A DNA stretch of 64,000 nt, from NCBI RefSeq assembly GCF_009914755.1, contig NC_060936.1; one strand, given 5' to 3'. The notes beneath the pieces are model-generated. The model worked only from the letters and a program-made list of their open reading frames with translations. It did not search any database and was not told where the DNA came from. The position numbers and the translations under genes are program-made. The stretch is from the human T2T-CHM13v2.0 reference genome, Homo sapiens. This document shows positions 1 through 12,160 of the stretch, piece by piece; within the stretch, counting starts at the first letter, position 1; every line of letters begins with the position of its first letter.

Positions 1-1917
1 CCCCCACTGGGGCTGCCAGGCAGGAGGGATGATACTGGGCGGGCAGCCAGGAGCAGGGGTCGCCTGGGGGGCCCGCCCGTCCCACCAGCCCTTCCCGGGA
101 GGCCCTGGCTGCCAGGGCCTACTCTGACGCATCTCGTCCGCGTCCTCCAGCGTCCGCCCGGCCCTGCGCAGTCGTGGCCGGCAGAGGGAGGGGTGGCGGG
201 CTGCCGGCCAGGACGAGGTCAGCAGGCTGGCCAGAGTCCAGCCTCGTTCACTGAGAGGGCAAAGCAGGCCCCAAGGGCGGGGGCCTGGGCCTAGTCGCAC
301 AGGGCGGGACAAACCAGGTGTCCTGACTCCCAGCCGAGGACTCCTGCACCCGGGGGCTGTGTGCTGGACACTGGGCAAGGGGTGGACGTACGCCAGGCCC
401 AGCTCGGGGAGGGAGGACACGGCCCTGGGCGGGGCTGCAGGGGAGAGGACGGGAGGCTGCAAGTGCCCTGCGGGGCCTCAGGCCTAGCCTGAGTGTTCTG
501 GGGACGGACAGGATGCAAGCTGATCCCCCGGCTCCCCAGCCCGGGGCCAGCCACATGGACCCAAAATACAGACTCTGGGAGGCAGCTTATCAATGGGGCT
601 GCCCCATGACCTCAGCGGTCCCCCGGCGAAGGCAGAAACATGTGTTTCTATGACTCTGTCCCCACAGCCAGCAGGAGCGGGGCGGGGAGCCGTCTGCCCT
701 GACCCCGCTATCCAGGCACAATGGCCCTGGCTGCCTGCCTCCAGGGCAGACCCAGCCACACCATGAACACTGTTTTCCAAGCTGGGACTGTCGGGCAAGA
801 AGCTCAGGGGTTTGGTGCCCTCAGAAACCCGCAGGCCAGGCCTTTGCTCATCACAGGGTCAGGGTCAGGCCGTCCACTTCTCACACGCATGGGCGCGGTT
901 CCTGTTGGCAGTGGTTCCTGGGGACCCTGAGATTTTGTTTTGTGGAACCTATAGAAATCCGGGTGAACCTCAGTTCCTAGGGAATGTCCTAGGACTTCCC
1001 CCTTTAACATGGCCCAGGGTGAACCCCAGGGCAGAGACAAGGGCCCCGCATGACCCTGCGGGTCTGATTTTCCTCCCTCGCTTGCTCTGCCCAGGACCAT
1101 TCCAAGGGACTTGGGAGGGGAGAAAACAGACCACACTGTAGTTGAAATAAAATGGCCTGCCTGCCCCACCAGAAAACAATTCCTCCAGCCATCCAGATGT
1201 GAGCAGGACGCAGTCTCCGCGGGTCTGCCCTCTGCCAACCGAGATTGGCCCTAACTTGGGTAGCCATCTTTGGTTCTGGGCTGGAGGCCTTGAGGCCCAA
1301 AGCATCTGTGCTGAAAATGGGTAAAAGGCGGCATTCTCAGGGATGTGGGGTCACCCAGGCCAGGAGCAAAGACAGAGGCCAGAAAGGAAAGAACACACCT
1401 CAGAGACATCAACACCCAAACAGGACGGCACTGGGGTCCTCCAGGCCACCCCAGCTGGAGAGGAATTTGCAAGGGGAACCTCTGCACCTGTGATCCAAGG
1501 TGATCACCTGTGATCCTGAGCCCTGGACCCTTGGCTGATGGGAGATGAGCCACCAAAAACATGTTGAACCTGTGGCTTTTCCCCAACCCCACGGCCACCA
1601 CGCTCGCATCTCCATCACCAGCCCCAGGGCACTTGCAGCTGCCTCCTGACTGTGCCTCTCACTCCCAGCAAATCCCCCACATGGTTTCATGGGTAAATCA
1701 CATCTGGCTCTCTTGGGAGAGGCTCGTAAAGGCCTTCTCACTGCCCTGAGAACAAAATGCAGCCCCCACCTGCCAGGGCGTGACTCAGTGCCCCCACCCC
1801 CGTGAGAGCTGCCCCCCGTCCTGCCAGGCTGCCCCCTCCCTGAGCCACCCTTTGGCACCTGAATCCACCAAGCTCATTCCCACCTCGGGCCTTCGCACTT
1901 GCTGTTCCCACCACGCT

Positions 1918-2325
1918 GAGGGTAGAACTGTGTCCCCCCAGAGAAGGTACGTTCAAGTCCTAACCCAGGGTCTCTGTGAATGTGACCTTATTTGGAAATA
2001 GGCTGTTTGCTGATATAATCAAGTTAAGATGAAGCTGCACTAGATTAGGACAGCTGCCCATCCAATGCCTGGTGTCCTCAGAAGAAGAAAGTGTGGACAC
2101 AGAGATGCACAGGGCGAAGGTCATGTGACAGCAGAGCCAAAGACGGAGTGGCATGCCAGCAATCACGACCGCCAGCAGCGGCCAGGAGCTGGAAGAGGCG
2201 GGATGGATCTGCCCAGAGGCTCGGAGGCTGCGTCTCGGCCTGCATGGTGCCCCCAGGCTCCTGGCCTCCAGGACTGTATTTGTTAAAAGCCACCTGGCTC
2301 GAACTACCTTGTGAGGGCGGCCCTA
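1918..2325 (+). mobile_element. MLT1 (ERVL-MaLR) solo LTR
   Basis: gaatgtgaccttatttggaaatagg...gatataatcaagttaagatga signature. Confidence 0.85.
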
Positions 2326-2620
2326 GGAAGCGAGCAGGCTGCCTGGCACACTCTCTCCCTAGCGCTGCCCAGGGCTGCCTCCTCTGTCCGGGTCTCAGCT
2401 TGGATGTCACCTCCTGGGGAGGTCCTCCCGGCCACACCTCCGCCCCTTCCTGGCCTGCATCTCTCATTCCTGGACTCTACTCCAAGTCTGCCTCCCTAAC
2501 CACACCTCGGGCTCCCCCAAAGCAGGCAGAGCCAGACTGGGTGCGGCTGTCTAAGTAGGTAGTCGCTGCTCAGTGTCTGCAGACAAAAGCCAAGGTTAGG
2601 GCTGCCTGGCGCCCACTCAC

Positions 2621-3209
2621 CGGTTCTTGTCGCCGCCCTCGGCCTCATCCACCTCGTCTGCACTGCAGGTAGCACTGGAGTCGCTGTCCTGGGGGGCGCC
2701 CGAGCTCTTGGCAGTGGTGGCCCTGCCGCTCCCGCCCTCCTTCTTCTCTGCCTTGAGCGCCCCCTCGGCCGTGGCCTCAGCGGCCTCCGCGTCCTTGCCC
2801 TTGGCCGGCCCCTCCTCGGCTTCCTCCGTGCACTCGCTCTTGACGGGCTCCTCGGCCTTCCCTGTGTCCACTGCCAGCTCCTCAGCCGCGGGGGGCTTCT
2901 GCTCCTCCCCCTCCTCCACTGGGGGCGCTGCTGCGGTCTCCTCCTCCTTCTCCTCCTTGGGGACCACAGGAGGAGGTGCAGAGGGCGATGGGGGTGCTGG
3001 TGGGGGCGTAGGGGCTCCGGTGGCTTCAGAGGCCGGGGTGGGCTCAGTGGGGGCCGGGATGTCCTCCGGTGGTGGGGTGGGTGGCCCTGGGGGTGGCCCG
3101 TCGGCGCCCAGGGTGGCTGGGGGCTTGGGCCCATTCTGCCCTGTGTCCTTGGCGGCCTCAGTGTGAGGAGAGGGGATGCTCTCGGTGTCTGAGCTGTTGT
3201 TGACAGTGG
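2621..3209 (-). CDS. NCOR2: NCOR2 exon L (589 nt): (A)TVNNSSDTESIPSP...DSDSSATCSADEVDEAEGGDKN(R); Pro/Glu-rich
   Basis: Lies inside ORF 2617..3273; acceptor gcacag|CC, donor CG|gtgagt. Confidence 0.97.
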
Positions 3210-3799
3210 CTGTGCAGGGCGAGAAGGAAGAGGGGATGAGCAGGGTCTGGCGGGGCCTCCAGAAGAGATGCATGGCCCTGACCCTCGGGATGAGGCCGCT
3301 CTGTCGCCTGATGCCAAAACAGCCCCAAGGCTCCTACACACCTGGGCTGCTGCCTAGAGCCCCACCCCTGAGACAAAGCCCCTGACCAGGCCCCTACCCA
3401 CAGCTGCTGCCCTCGCCTGGCCGCCTTTCTCCCAGACTGACCCTGCTGGCATAACCTGGTTAATTCCCAACCCCAGGACCTCCTGGTGGTCAGCACCCCC
3501 GACAGATGGAGCCAGCCTGAGGGTGGCCGTGGGCAAAGGCCTTCGTCCTGGGGGTCTCCATGTTCTCATCTGAGCTCTAACCCCGGCTCTGCCCCGCACT
3601 GGCTGCGTGCCACGGGAAACTCAGGTTACCTCTTGGGCCTCAGTTTTCCCATCTGCAGAACGGGAGAACAATAGTTCCCATCTCACAGGGCGGAGAAGCT
3701 GGCAATTGTGAGGGCAAGGGCAACTGCCTGGTGACTGCCTGCTGCTGCACCACCATCGCCACCATCATCGTCACATGACAGTGTAGAATGCGCTCAGTG

Positions 3800-4340
3800 T
3801 GAGTACAGGGGACCCAGGCACAGTGGACAATGAGGCCAGTGCGTGTGCAGGGGACCCGGGCACAGTGGACAATCACGAGGCCAGTGCGTGCGCAGGGGCC
3901 CCGGGCACAGTGGACAGTGAGGCCAGTGCGTGCGCAGGGGCCCCGGGCACAGTGGACAGTGAGGCCAGTGCGTGCGCAGGGGCCCCGGGCACAGTGGGCA
4001 GTGAGGCCAGTGCGTGCGCAGGGGCCCCGGGCACAGTGGGCAGTGAGGCCAGTGCGTGCGCAGGGGCCCCGGGCACAGTGGGCAGTGAGGCCAGTGCGTG
4101 CGCAGGGGCCCCGGGCACAGTGGACAATCATGAGGCCAGTGCGTGCGCAGGGGCCCCGGGCACAGTGGACAATCATGAGGCCAGTGCGTGCGCAGGGGCC
4201 CCGGGCACAGTGGACAATCATGAGGCCAGTGCGTGCGCAGGGGCCCCGGGCACGGTGGACAACGAGGCCAGTGCGTGCGCAGGGGACCCGGGCACGGTGG
4301 ACAACGAGGCCAGTGCGTGTGCAGGGGCCCCGGGCACAGC
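3800..4340. repeat. GC-rich minisatellite, 42/45-bp unit, about 12.5 copies
   Basis: Unit gaggccagtgcgtgcgcaggggccccgggcacagtggacagt (variant ...aatcat). Confidence 0.97.
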
Positions 4341-4829
4341 CCACACCAACGGCCTCAGCATGGGTTTTACACAGCAGGAGCGCGATCTGTGCTGGCGGAG
4401 TGGCAGGATGAAAGCACGCACCCAAGGATGGCAAGGAGAGCCCAGCCGCATTCCTGGCTCTCTAGCCCCCAAACCCACACCCGGCTCTTCTTTGAGTCTC
4501 AATGTCTCCCATTTTCTGTAAAATGGGGATACTTGAAAACCCCTGCATTTGCTATCAGGGAAATCAAACCCGGTCGGAGACCCAAGCGTACCAGTGAAAA
4601 TCAGCAAAGCAGTGGAGACGGGAAACTGGTCTGCTGGAGTGAGCCCGGGACCAGCATGGGGAACAGCCACTGTGCTGGGAAGGAAGCCCAGAGGCCGCGG
4701 AGCACAAACGGTGGCGCTCACAGAAAGAGGCATGTGCTCAGAAGCGGGGTTCCTTGTGGAGGACCGGGGACCTTGGGATGCCCGCCCCGGCCCGGCCCTA
4801 CCCCCCAGGCCAGCCGGCCACATTCGTAC

Positions 4830-4880
4830 CTGGGCCACTGCATTCCCCTCTGGGCACCTCATTCCCAGAGGCATGTAAGG
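4830..4880 (-). CDS. NCOR2: NCOR2 exon K (51 nt, symmetric cassette): (A)LHASGNEVPRGECSGP(A)
   Basis: Acceptor cttccag|CC, donor CAG|gtacga; phase 1/1; peptide matches the long SMRT isoform as recalled. Confidence 0.93.
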
Positions 4881-7800
4881 CTGGAAGGAAGTCAGAGAAG
4901 AGTTAGAAGTGAGGCGGCACCAAGTAGTGGGAGGGGAGGGAGGAGGCAACGTGGCCAAGAGGGGCCTGAAGCCCAGTGCACAGCAGTGAGGCCTCGCTGC
5001 TGCTCACTCTCCTGCCCCGACTGCCCTTCTCCATGGACCGATGAGCCCTCTCCCTCTGGGCTCTGGCCAGCGGCCACAGGTGACCTGCAATAGCCCTGAG
5101 CAGGCTGGTCCAATGGCCTGTTCAAGGCCAGCCAATAATGGGGTTGTTCAGGGTGAAAAGTGAGCTTCAGCCACTCTGGGTGTCCTTGCCCTAAGTCATC
5201 AGCCTCCTGGTGGAACCAGGCTCCCAGGATGCCTGGAGTGGGAGGTGTTGACCTCAGGGATGGGCAAGGTTGCAGGGAGAGGCTTTTGGGGCTGCTGGGG
5301 CCTCTTCAGCCTTCATTGCCCCCCCACCAACCCTCCAGTCTCTCCTGCTTCTCACCTCCCTTCAGGCCCCAGAGCAGAGGCCACCCTTTTTAGAAACAAT
5401 AGCAACAGCAGCAACGCTGGCTGCATACAGGCCAGGCTCCGTGCCGAGTTCTTCACACACGACTCCTTTAAGACCTCTAAGACTGGGACCACCAACTCTC
5501 ATGTGCAGATGAGGAAATGGAGGCAGACAGGTTAATCAGCTTGCCCAAGGCCACGCTGTGGAGGGGAGAGCACTGAGCCCAGCTTCCTGTGTCCTTAACC
5601 CCTGGCCTTCCTCTGCCTGGTGACTTCAGCAATGTCATTCCCTTCCTTCCACAGTCAGAGTACAGGACGTTGGGAGGCCAACGCTGAGGGCCCCAGGACC
5701 AGGGATGAAACTTCTGGGTCTCAGTTTGTTCATCTACAAAATGGGCAGTTAACTTCTCGGTCTCACAGTTATCAAGGGGGTCTGGGGCAGGAGCCTGCAT
5801 GAGAAGCACTCCAAGGGCTTGTGACAGTGCAGGTGGCTGCACTATGCCCCGAGGTTTCTGATTCAGTACGTGTGGACTGGGGCCCAAGAATCAGCACTTC
5901 TAACAAATCCCAGGGAACACTCTGCCACCGCTGCCCTAGAATCCAGGTGAAGTGCTTTGTGCAGCATCTGACACACAGTAGGTGCTTAACAAGAGTGACC
6001 AAAAAACCACCAAAAATAAAAAATAGAAACACACCACCAGATGGCCTCCTTTCCTTTCTGCCTGGAGGTCCCCAGTACCGGGCTGCCTGGGTTTGAACCC
6101 CGGTCACCAAATGCGCCTTGGATAACCCCGCTATGCCTCAGTCTCCCCATCTGTCAAATGCGGAGAACAGCATGGCTTCATTCACTATGAGGATACTATT
6201 ATTATTACTGGAGAAACCACTGGGCCAGGGTATCACTCCCAGCCCCGCGCTGGTGTATTTCCAGCCCAGATGCAACAAGACGCTTTCCACTGCCCCCGGG
6301 GAGGGGCCTGCAGTGCCGCTGGGGCTGGCTGGGTCTCCGGGGAGATTCAGGCAGGGCAACCTCAGGCTCCAACCCAGCACCTGCCTCACCTCCCCATCCT
6401 GAGCACAAGAGACAGGTCACGCAGCGTGCGCTGGCTGGGCCGGCAGACCCCGAGCCTACCGGCTATGTGCTGGGACACCCCATGGGAGGGGTTCTCCTCT
6501 CCCCTGGGCTCCTCGTCCTTAAGATGGGCTAACACCCTGGGCACCAGGAGGCTTAATCAGGGCCTCTCACCTGCCGTCCCTGATCTCTCAGAGCAGCCAC
6601 GGAAGACCACCACTGTCACAGAAGCCTCAGCTCCAGCCACCTCAGCCCTCCCTCCTCCCCCACCCAGCAGAGCATGCCCCTCCCCGTCCCTACGGGGCTA
6701 TGTAAGCTCTGCAAGCGATGCGGGGGTCGTTGCCACACAGTCCTGGGCGGCGTCTGCTCCGGTTTTAATGTGTGGCCATGGCTTGGCTTCCTGAAATGCT
6801 CCCACCAAGCCTGCATCCCGCCCATTCAGACACTGGAGGGATATTTACAGAGGGGACTGGGTTTCTGCTCCCGGGGTCTTCTCCTGGCTACAGACCCAGG
6901 ACCCAAAATGGGACGACCCAAGGGACTCGTGGCCCAGGCCTTCCTTCCATCAGACACTAGCCAGGCTTCTGGTCAACTTGGGTCAGAGAGACCCAAAGCT
7001 GGTGGGGAGGCCAGACTCAGTGTCCCTGACCCGCCCCCAACTTGAGATGAGTCACCCAAGGGCCCAGTTGCCCATTTCCAGCGGGAAGCGGGGGTTCGGG
7101 CTGGTGAAACCCTGCGGGCTGGAGGAGCCTGGATTTATCTGCAGGCTGGGCTTATGGAACCAGGAGGTGACTTGCACCTTCTGCCAGGGAGAAGCCAGGG
7201 CGTTCAAAGGCAGAGAGGGAGGGACAACAGGAACAACAAGAAGGACCCCAGACGGGGCAGGAGGAAGGAGGGTTGAATTCACCAAGGACTTGGGCTCCGC
7301 CGGGCTGCTTGTTTCTCCTTCAGAGAGTCAGAAAGGAGAGTCAGGGACACTCAGCAGAGAAGGGCTGAGGTCCTCCAGGGGCCTTCGGTCACGCCACAGG
7401 GGGAGCAGTCTAGACCCCCAGCTTCCCCTTTGACAGGGAAAAAGAGGCACAGGGTGGGGGTCGAAGGTGGATGCACTCGTGACCGAGAGTGCGGGGCCAG
7501 GTGTCGGCAGCCCGTGTTCAGTTCCCGGGTCTATACACACTGATAACAAAGTTGAGCCGTGTGTTATCCGGAGCCCTGGACAACACACAGCTCATGTGGT
7601 CACAGTCCTGCATTTGAGGGGACTCGGGGGGACCCACCAGCACCATGCACACGATGGCTTTACGCCCTCTCTTCAGCAGCACTCACCTGGTGGGGCATTT
7701 GTCTAGTCTACAGCTGGTGCAAACAACACACTCCATGGTACCTGGGGCGCCTGGGCCCAGGCCTTTAAGTGCCTGAGCCTCGGTTTCCCCATAGAGAAAA

Positions 7801-7973
7801 CGGGGACACCAAAGAAGGGGACTGAATTATTTATCACTCAAATAGGGACACTTGGGAATAAAAGGAGACACTGAAAATAACTATATAACTTGTACAATAT
7901 TTACCGACTGACAGATAGGTTCTATTTATGCTGGTTACCTTGTAAAAGAGTTCTGGTCAAAAAACAATTTTCG

Positions 7974-8278
7974 GGCCTGACGCGGTGACTCACACCTGTA
8001 ATTCCAGCACTTTGGGAGGCCAAGGTGGGCAGATCACCTGAGGTCAGGAGTTTGAGACCAGCCTGACCAACATGGCGAAACCCCATCTCTGCTAAAAATA
8101 CAAAAATTAGCCGGGTGTGGCGGCGGGCACCTCTAATCCCAGCTACTCAGGAGGCTGAGGCAGGAGAATTGCTTGAACCCGAGAGGCAGAGGTTACACTG
8201 GGCCGTGATCACGTCACTGCACTCCAGCCTGGGCGACAGAGCAAGACTCCGTCTGAAAAAAAAAAAAACAAAAAAAAA
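7974..8278 (+). mobile_element. Alu (AluS-type), full length
   Basis: GGCC start, dimeric arms with A-rich linker, A tail, imperfect TSD (aaaaaca/cttttc). Confidence 0.95.
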
Positions 8279-8653
8279 CTTTTCCAAAGTAAATTTTTTT
8301 CTAAACTGTGACATCGGATGGGGTGAAAGACAGCAGGCACCCACAGGGCTGGCCTGGACGTCTGGTCACCCAAGCATAAGACTGGACTCATGGGCATCAG
8401 AAGAGCTGAGCGAGGCTTGGGGCTCCCAGAGAAGCTGATTATTCTCAGTATTGTTATGGCCTTCATCCTTGTGCCCATTACTGGTGAGTTTCTGGCAAGT
8501 CAGGCCCGCACCTTCCAGGGAGTCGAGGCCCCTTCTAAGGAGGACCCAGATGACTCAGGGGAGAGGAGGCTGCCGGGATCAGTTCCCGCTATGCCCTCCC
8601 TCAGAGCTCGGACCCACAGCTGCCAGCCACCTCCAAGCCGCGCCAGCCCTCAC

Positions 8654-8801
8654 CTTCAGCCTCCTCCACCATCTCCTCCTCATTTCCGCTCACGCCCGAC
8701 GCCTCCATCTCCTCATCCTCCACCACGGGCGGGAATGCAGCCTCCTCGCTGGCCGCCGCCGGCGCTTTCTTCTTCTTCCTCCGCGCGTTCCTCTCCTTCT
8801 C
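8654..8801 (-). CDS. NCOR2: NCOR2 exon J (148 nt): EKERNARRKKKKAPAAASEEAAFPPVVEDEEMEASGVSGNEEEMVEEAE; basic NLS-like stretch
   Basis: Acceptor ccccag|GAG, donor AAG|gtgagg; 49 codons + 1 nt. Confidence 0.97.
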
Positions 8802-9410
8802 CTGGGGCACAGGGAAGCAGCAGATCAGGACTGGGGCCTGGGCTGTCAGCTCGGGGACTCCCCATGCCTGGGGCCTCGCCGCAGGTGCAAAGGGCAGTGA
8901 TCCCGGCCATGTAGCAATGAGGGTGACCGTCCCCCTCACACCCCACCTCGGCAGCCAAGCGTGCCAGGGTTTATTTTTACCGGGGGCTTTATTCTTCCAT
9001 TGAGCCCCAGATACACTCTGGGTACAGGCTGGCCCCTCAGCCACCCTGACATCCTTCCTGAGCACCAGAGAACCTGCCTGACATTGCCCAGGAGTCTCCT
9101 AGTCAGAGCGAGTGACCACGCCTCCTGGGGACACCCTGTCAGCTTCATCGGCACACGTGGAGTGAATGAACACAGGAAGCTTTTCCTTGCTATGCAAGTC
9201 TCACCTGTCCCTGGGGGAACAGGCCAGCCTGGGAAGCTCGCGTTTCATTCCCTGAACCTTTACAGAACACCTACTGTGTGCCCAGCTCTGCATACCAGGG
9301 CTGTGGGGACACAAGGCACGGGGTAGACAAGGTCCTGCCCTTGGAGGCTGCCCTGCCGCTGGGGAGACTGGCAACGTGCTCCTCACACAGAAGCAGCACT
9401 CAGAGGATCA

Positions 9411-9510
9411 GAGGGTCGCGTGGGTGAAACGGGATGGGACAAGGAGCACAAGGGCAGCACTCAGAGGGTCGCGCGGGTGAAACGGGGTGGGACAAGGAGC
9501 ACAAGGCAGG
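9411..9510. repeat. 53-bp tandem duplication (2 copies)
   Basis: gagggtcgcg.gggtgaaacggg.tgggacaaggagcacaagg at 9411 and 9464. Confidence 0.9.
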
Positions 9511-10138
9511 GGCTCCTCTGGACAGAACAGTCTGGAAGAGCTTCTGCAAGGAAGTGACATTTGAGCCAAGATTTGACGGCGGAGGGAATGGGCCAGGCCA
9601 GGCTCTGGACGAGAGTGGCAGGTGCGGGGAGTCACAGGTGCAAAGGCCCCAGTGTGGGGAACATGCCGGGTGTGTCCAGGAATGGAAAGAAGCCCTCATC
9701 GTCGGGCCTCCACTTTCCCCGCACCGCACCCTGCTCCTGGGAACCCCAGCTCCTCACACACAGAGCCCACCCTTCTTCCCCCAGCTTAGGCACCATCATC
9801 AAACCACTCGTCTTGGTAGCTCACTGGGGTGGGTGTCTCTTTGTCCCCACGCTGAGCCAGGCAGAGGCTCAGAAAGCGTTTGTTGACTGACTTGCTGAGC
9901 AACTGTGAAAGGCCAGCCTTCGTGGGCTTGAACGCATAGACAGCAGAGAGCAGGGGCATCGTGGAGGCAGCATCTCGAAGTGACTGGGGACTCCCAGGGG
10001 GACTGGAAAGACACTGGGGGGTGCCCACCACAGCCTGGTGTGACGGGGGGGCGGCAGCCTGATCCCTCTGGGGTTGCTGAGAAAGAGGTGGGCCCTCCGC
10101 CACACCTGGAGGTGCCCGCAGCTCTCAGCCAAGAGCCC

Positions 10139-10558
10139 TGTACTGGGTTGAATGGTGTCCCTCAAAGTTCACATCAACCCGGAACCTCAGACCTTATTTA
10201 GAAACGGGATCCTGCATATGTCATTAGTTAAGATGATGCCACACTGGAGTGGGGTGGGCCCTAAATCCAACAGGACTGACAGCCTTGGAAGAAAAGGGAA
10301 ACACGGATTCAGGGACACGAAGGCCCTGTGGCAGTGGAGGCACATGTGGAGAGATGCAGCTACAAGCCAAAGAATGTCACGAACTGCCAGCAGTCGCTGG
10401 AAGACGGAAGAGGCTCCCCTGCAGCCTTGAATGTGAGCACAGCCCTGTGGACGCTTTGGTTCCAGACGTCTAGCCTCCAGAATTGGAAGAGAATACATCT
10501 CTGTTGTTTGAAGCCACCGGTCTGTGGTACTTCCTTGCGGCAGCCAGGGGGAATCACA
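10139..10558 (+). mobile_element. MLT1 solo LTR
   Basis: tgtactgggttgaatggtgtccc...ctgttgtttgaagccacc...tgtggtactt. Confidence 0.88.
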
Positions 10559-11534
10559 CATCCCTCTGCGCTGGTGCACCCGGATTCCAAGAAAAAGCTG
10601 CTGACGTCCAGACCACACAGCCTGCTCTCGGGCAAATGCCAGGTGGGCCCCGCCCACCCCAGCCCTTCACCGTGGCCAGGCTGGAGCTGGGCCTCATGGA
10701 GGGGAGGAGAGGGGGTCTCGGGCTCCAAGCCCCAGCCACAGGCAGGGAGTGGGATCACTTCCTGTCCTGCCTTCTTCCTGAGCAAACAGGGTTCCTCTGA
10801 GCACAGCCCCTTGGAACGCAGGGAGGAAAAGGGAAACGACTGCTCGTCCGTTAGTCACAGTTTCCGACACCAACAGTCGGCCAGAGGGCCACAGCCCTGC
10901 CCCTGCCAGTGCCCACAGGGCCCACAGGGATGCCCAGCTCTGCAACCCCGCACACGTCCTGGGCCCAGTCCCAGCCCTGCCCCGAATCCTGAGCCTCTCC
11001 CAGGAGAGTTCGAGCCTGTGGCGGCCTGAGAAAGTGGTGGCATGTGGGTTCTGCGGCTGCGGCCGAGGGCTCCCCCTGCTTCCCGAATCTATTTTTGGCA
11101 GACAGAGGCTCAGGAAAGACTCAGGGCTGGGTGCCCTGAGCTGCCCGGGCGGTGGCTGGGACATGGGAGATGCTCAGAGTCTCGCAGGGAACAGGGGTCT
11201 CCTGTCGGCCTGGTGGTGGCGCCCAGCATCCTGGAGTGCAAGGTGTCTCTGCGGGGGGCGGCGTGGGGTCTCTGAGGCAGTGGACGGGGATGGTGCCAAC
11301 ACCCTGAATCCCCACAAAGCTGGGTCTCAGAGAGAGTCCCAGGAGTTACAGTTAATCCTTACACACATGGTCCAGCACTGTGGGATCAGGAGGTGTGTGT
11401 AGAATAGGAGATGCTAGTGATGGCATTAATCATTATGCCTGACGTTTATTAAGCACCTACTATGCGCCAAGCGGTTTCTGGTATTAATTTACTGGACCTG
11501 CACAGCTGCTCTGCAAATCAGCGCATGCCACCCC

Positions 11535-12160
11535 CTGCTTCAAACTCTCCAACACCTGGATACAATCCCCAAGTCCTCCCCCTATCCATATGGCCCTGTG
11601 TGATCCAGCCCTGGACCCTGCCTGCCTCTCCAAGCTGCTCTCCCCTCTCCCCTCCTCAGAGACTGTGCTACAAACACACTGCCCTCCCTGCTCGCTGCCC
11701 CAGCCACAGGGCCTCTACACTGGCTGTTCCCCTGCCTGGACACCCTTCCCCTAGATATCTGCATAACTCACTTCCTCACCTCCTTCGGGCCTTAGCTCAG
11801 ACATCAGAGAGGTCTTCCCTGATCACTCCATCATTAGCTCATCCCTCCCACCCCCACCATCAATCACTTTCTACTACATTCTTCTCATAGCATCTTCAGA
11901 CTCCATTCTGAAATTGAGTGTGTGAACCTGTCTCTCGCACCAGCTCCTCAAGGGCTGGGATCTTTGTTCTCTGCTGTATTCCCACCATACCTGGAACAGT
12001 GTCTAGCACAGAACAGACGCTCTGTAACTATGTCTTTAGATGAATGAACCTGATAGACAGTGACAATGGCTCAGAGAGGCAAAGACACTTGCCCAAGACC
12101 ACACAGCTCATGAGTTGAGGAGCTCAGATTTGAATGCAGGCCAGCTTCAAACATTTCGTG
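11535..12160. mobile_element. L2 3' fragment followed by MIR (similar L2 pieces at about 9520-9690, 20640-21010, 39690-40030)
   Basis: gggcctctacactggctgttccc...agaggtcttccctgatcac...gatgaatgaa; ggctcagagagg..cttgcccaagaccacacagct. Confidence 0.7.

Noticed and set aside
2914-2932. CTCF-like motif in exon L (also near 51520)
   Set aside because: Mismatches at core consensus positions; explained by codons or GC content.
2496-3341. 281-aa alternative-frame ORF over exon L
   Set aside because: GC-rich shadow frame starting in the intron; no evidence of dual coding.
3800-4340. CRISPR-like appearance of the periodic arrays (also 46971-47920)
   Set aside because: No unique spacers and no cas genes; eukaryotic tandem repeats.
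3640-4521. Overlapping 193-264-aa repetitive ORFs on both strands
   Set aside because: Artefact of the 42/45-bp minisatellite.
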